A stretch of DNA of 64,000 nucleotides, taken from the NCBI GenBank assembly GCA_003140935.1, contig PLLJ01000042.1, positions 10,144-74,143 of the forward strand, written 5' to 3'. The stretch's first letter is position 1; the number at the start of each line of letters is the position of its first letter. Of this stretch, positions 63,273 through 64,000 are shown piece after piece. This DNA is from Candidatus Omnitrophota bacterium. GTDB taxonomy: Bacteria > Omnitrophota > Omnitrophia > Omnitrophales > Aquincolibacteriaceae. The position numbers and the translations under genes were made by a program. A model generated the notes under the pieces. The model was not told where the DNA came from, searched no databases, and was given only the letters and a program-made list of their open reading frames with translations.

Positions 63273-63737
63273 ATGCGGTATACCACGAAGACAGAGTACG
63301 GTGTCATTTGCCTCGCGCACATGGCCAAGAAGCTTTGGCCGGGGGCAAGTACGGCCAAGGAGATCGCCGTGCACGAAGGATTTTCTGTGACCTTTACGGA
63401 GAAGATCCTGCAGGGGCTGAGGCGGGCCGGCATTACGACTTCCCAACAGGGAAACCGGGGCGGGTGGGCCTTGACCCGGCCGTCTGCCGAGATCACCCTC
63501 AAAGAGATCATCGAGGCTTTGGAAGGAAGCACCTTCGAGGCTTTTTGTGATATCAAGCACCGGAAGAGCATTGTTTGCACTCATTTTTCATTGTGCACAT
63601 TAAAACCAATTTGGTACAAGACGCAAAAAACCCTGGATGAACTTTATCAGACCATCACGCTCAAGATGATCGCCGAAGATGTGATGGGCCCGGCACAAGA
63701 ACCGGAACTTGCAGTTACTTCGAGGAAGAAGCCATGA
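63273..63737 (+). CDS. Rrf2-family regulator (IscR/SufR-like) upstream of sufB
   Basis: MRYTTKTEYGVICLAHMAK... is an Rrf2 N-terminal HTH. Cys residues in EAFCDIKHRKSIVCTHFSLC could ligate an Fe-S cluster. Confidence 0.75.
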   Translation: MRYTTKTEYGVICLAHMAKKLWPGASTAKEIAVHEGFSVTFTEKILQGLRRAGITTSQQGNRGGWALTRPSAEITLKEIIEALEGSTFEAFCDIKHRKSIVCTHFSLCTLKPIWYKTQKTLDELYQTITLKMIAEDVMGPAQEPELAVTSRKKP

Positions 63738-64000
63738 CCGACGCGGGATCTTTTTTGCCTGAGGATTATGCTTATGGGTTCGTGACGCCGGTCGAGTCCG
63801 ACGCCGCGCCGCGAGGCCTGAGCGAGGATACGATCCGTTTCATTTCTAAAAAGAAGAACGAACCCGCCTTCATGCTCGAGTGGCGGCTCGCCGCTTACCG
63901 CGAATGGCTCAAGATGAAAGAGCCTGATTGGTCGAGCGTCCGTTATCCCAAGATCGATTATCAGGACATCATCTATTACTCCGCGCCGAGGCAAAAAAAG
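63734..64000 (+). CDS. sufB: Fe-S cluster assembly protein SufB (N-terminal fragment; continues beyond the window)
   Basis: YAYGFVTPVESD...LSEDTIRFISKKKNEPAFMLEWRLAAYREWLKMKEP matches the SufB N-terminus. The start overlaps the Rrf2 stop (ATGA). Confidence 0.75.
   Translation, partial: MTDAGSFLPEDYAYGFVTPVESDAAPRGLSEDTIRFISKKKNEPAFMLEWRLAAYREWLKMKEPDWSSVRYPKIDYQDIIYYSAPRQKK

Noticed and set aside
1-64000. CRISPR arrays, IS elements/transposases, integrases, toxin-antitoxin or recognisable defence-system genes
   Set aside because: I looked for regular repeat-spacer periodicity, terminal inverted repeats flanking transposase-like ORFs, and nuclease/helicase/ATPase signatures, and found none. 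The only repeats are short: the heptad array, the 36-nt intragenic tandem, and isolated palindromes.

Overview
This 64 kb window of a moderately GC-rich (about 55% GC) Gram-negative-type bacterial chromosome is densely coding and almost entirely on the + strand (the MFS transporter at 34549-35916 is the only - strand gene). It is very rich in signal-transduction genes. From start to end it holds a TolC-MFP-RND-RND efflux operon (151-10083), a HAMP-like membrane protein and a secreted beta-sandwich protein, and a fusion of an SRPBCC lipid-binding domain to a cyanobacterial-type acyl-ACP reductase (AAR) homologue (11866-13434). Next comes a cluster of three paralogous membrane sensor kinases with 7TM-type sensor domains, two receiver-only response regulators and a translationally coupled SAM methyltransferase (13469-21404); this cluster shows a marked internal drop in GC. 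It is followed by rmlC, a DUF167 gene, an MMPL transporter with a DUF11 lipoprotein, and a tRNA-Thr / tRNA-like / tRNA-Tyr locus next to a ~25% GC island. After the island come a REC-PAS-GGDEF(degenerate)-EAL regulator, a GH13 enzyme and glycogen phosphorylase. Then follow a 1661-aa multi-PAS histidine kinase, a receiver and a GAF-ANTAR antiterminator immediately upstream of a gdhA leader that carries a promoter, two small hairpins and an intrinsic terminator, which I read as an ANTAR attenuator. The rest is an Rrf2 regulator, an Enzyme-I-like protein and hcp; a redox / nitrosative-stress block (radical SAM, nadA, ilvD-family, flavodiiron fprA, nitroreductase); GT9 and GT39/TPR envelope enzymes; cspA, typA, a cyclophilin, an HI0933 flavoprotein, NlpC/P60, and a second Rrf2 (IscR-like) with the start of sufB. 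I found no CRISPR array, IS element, prophage or recognisable defence genes. The most interesting candidates are the ANTAR attenuator on gdhA, the SRPBCC-AAR fusion, the triple 7TM-kinase/methyltransferase cluster with its GC mosaic, and a pair of loop-complementary hairpins between cspA and typA. All homology calls rest on motifs I recognised by eye; none has been confirmed by a database search.
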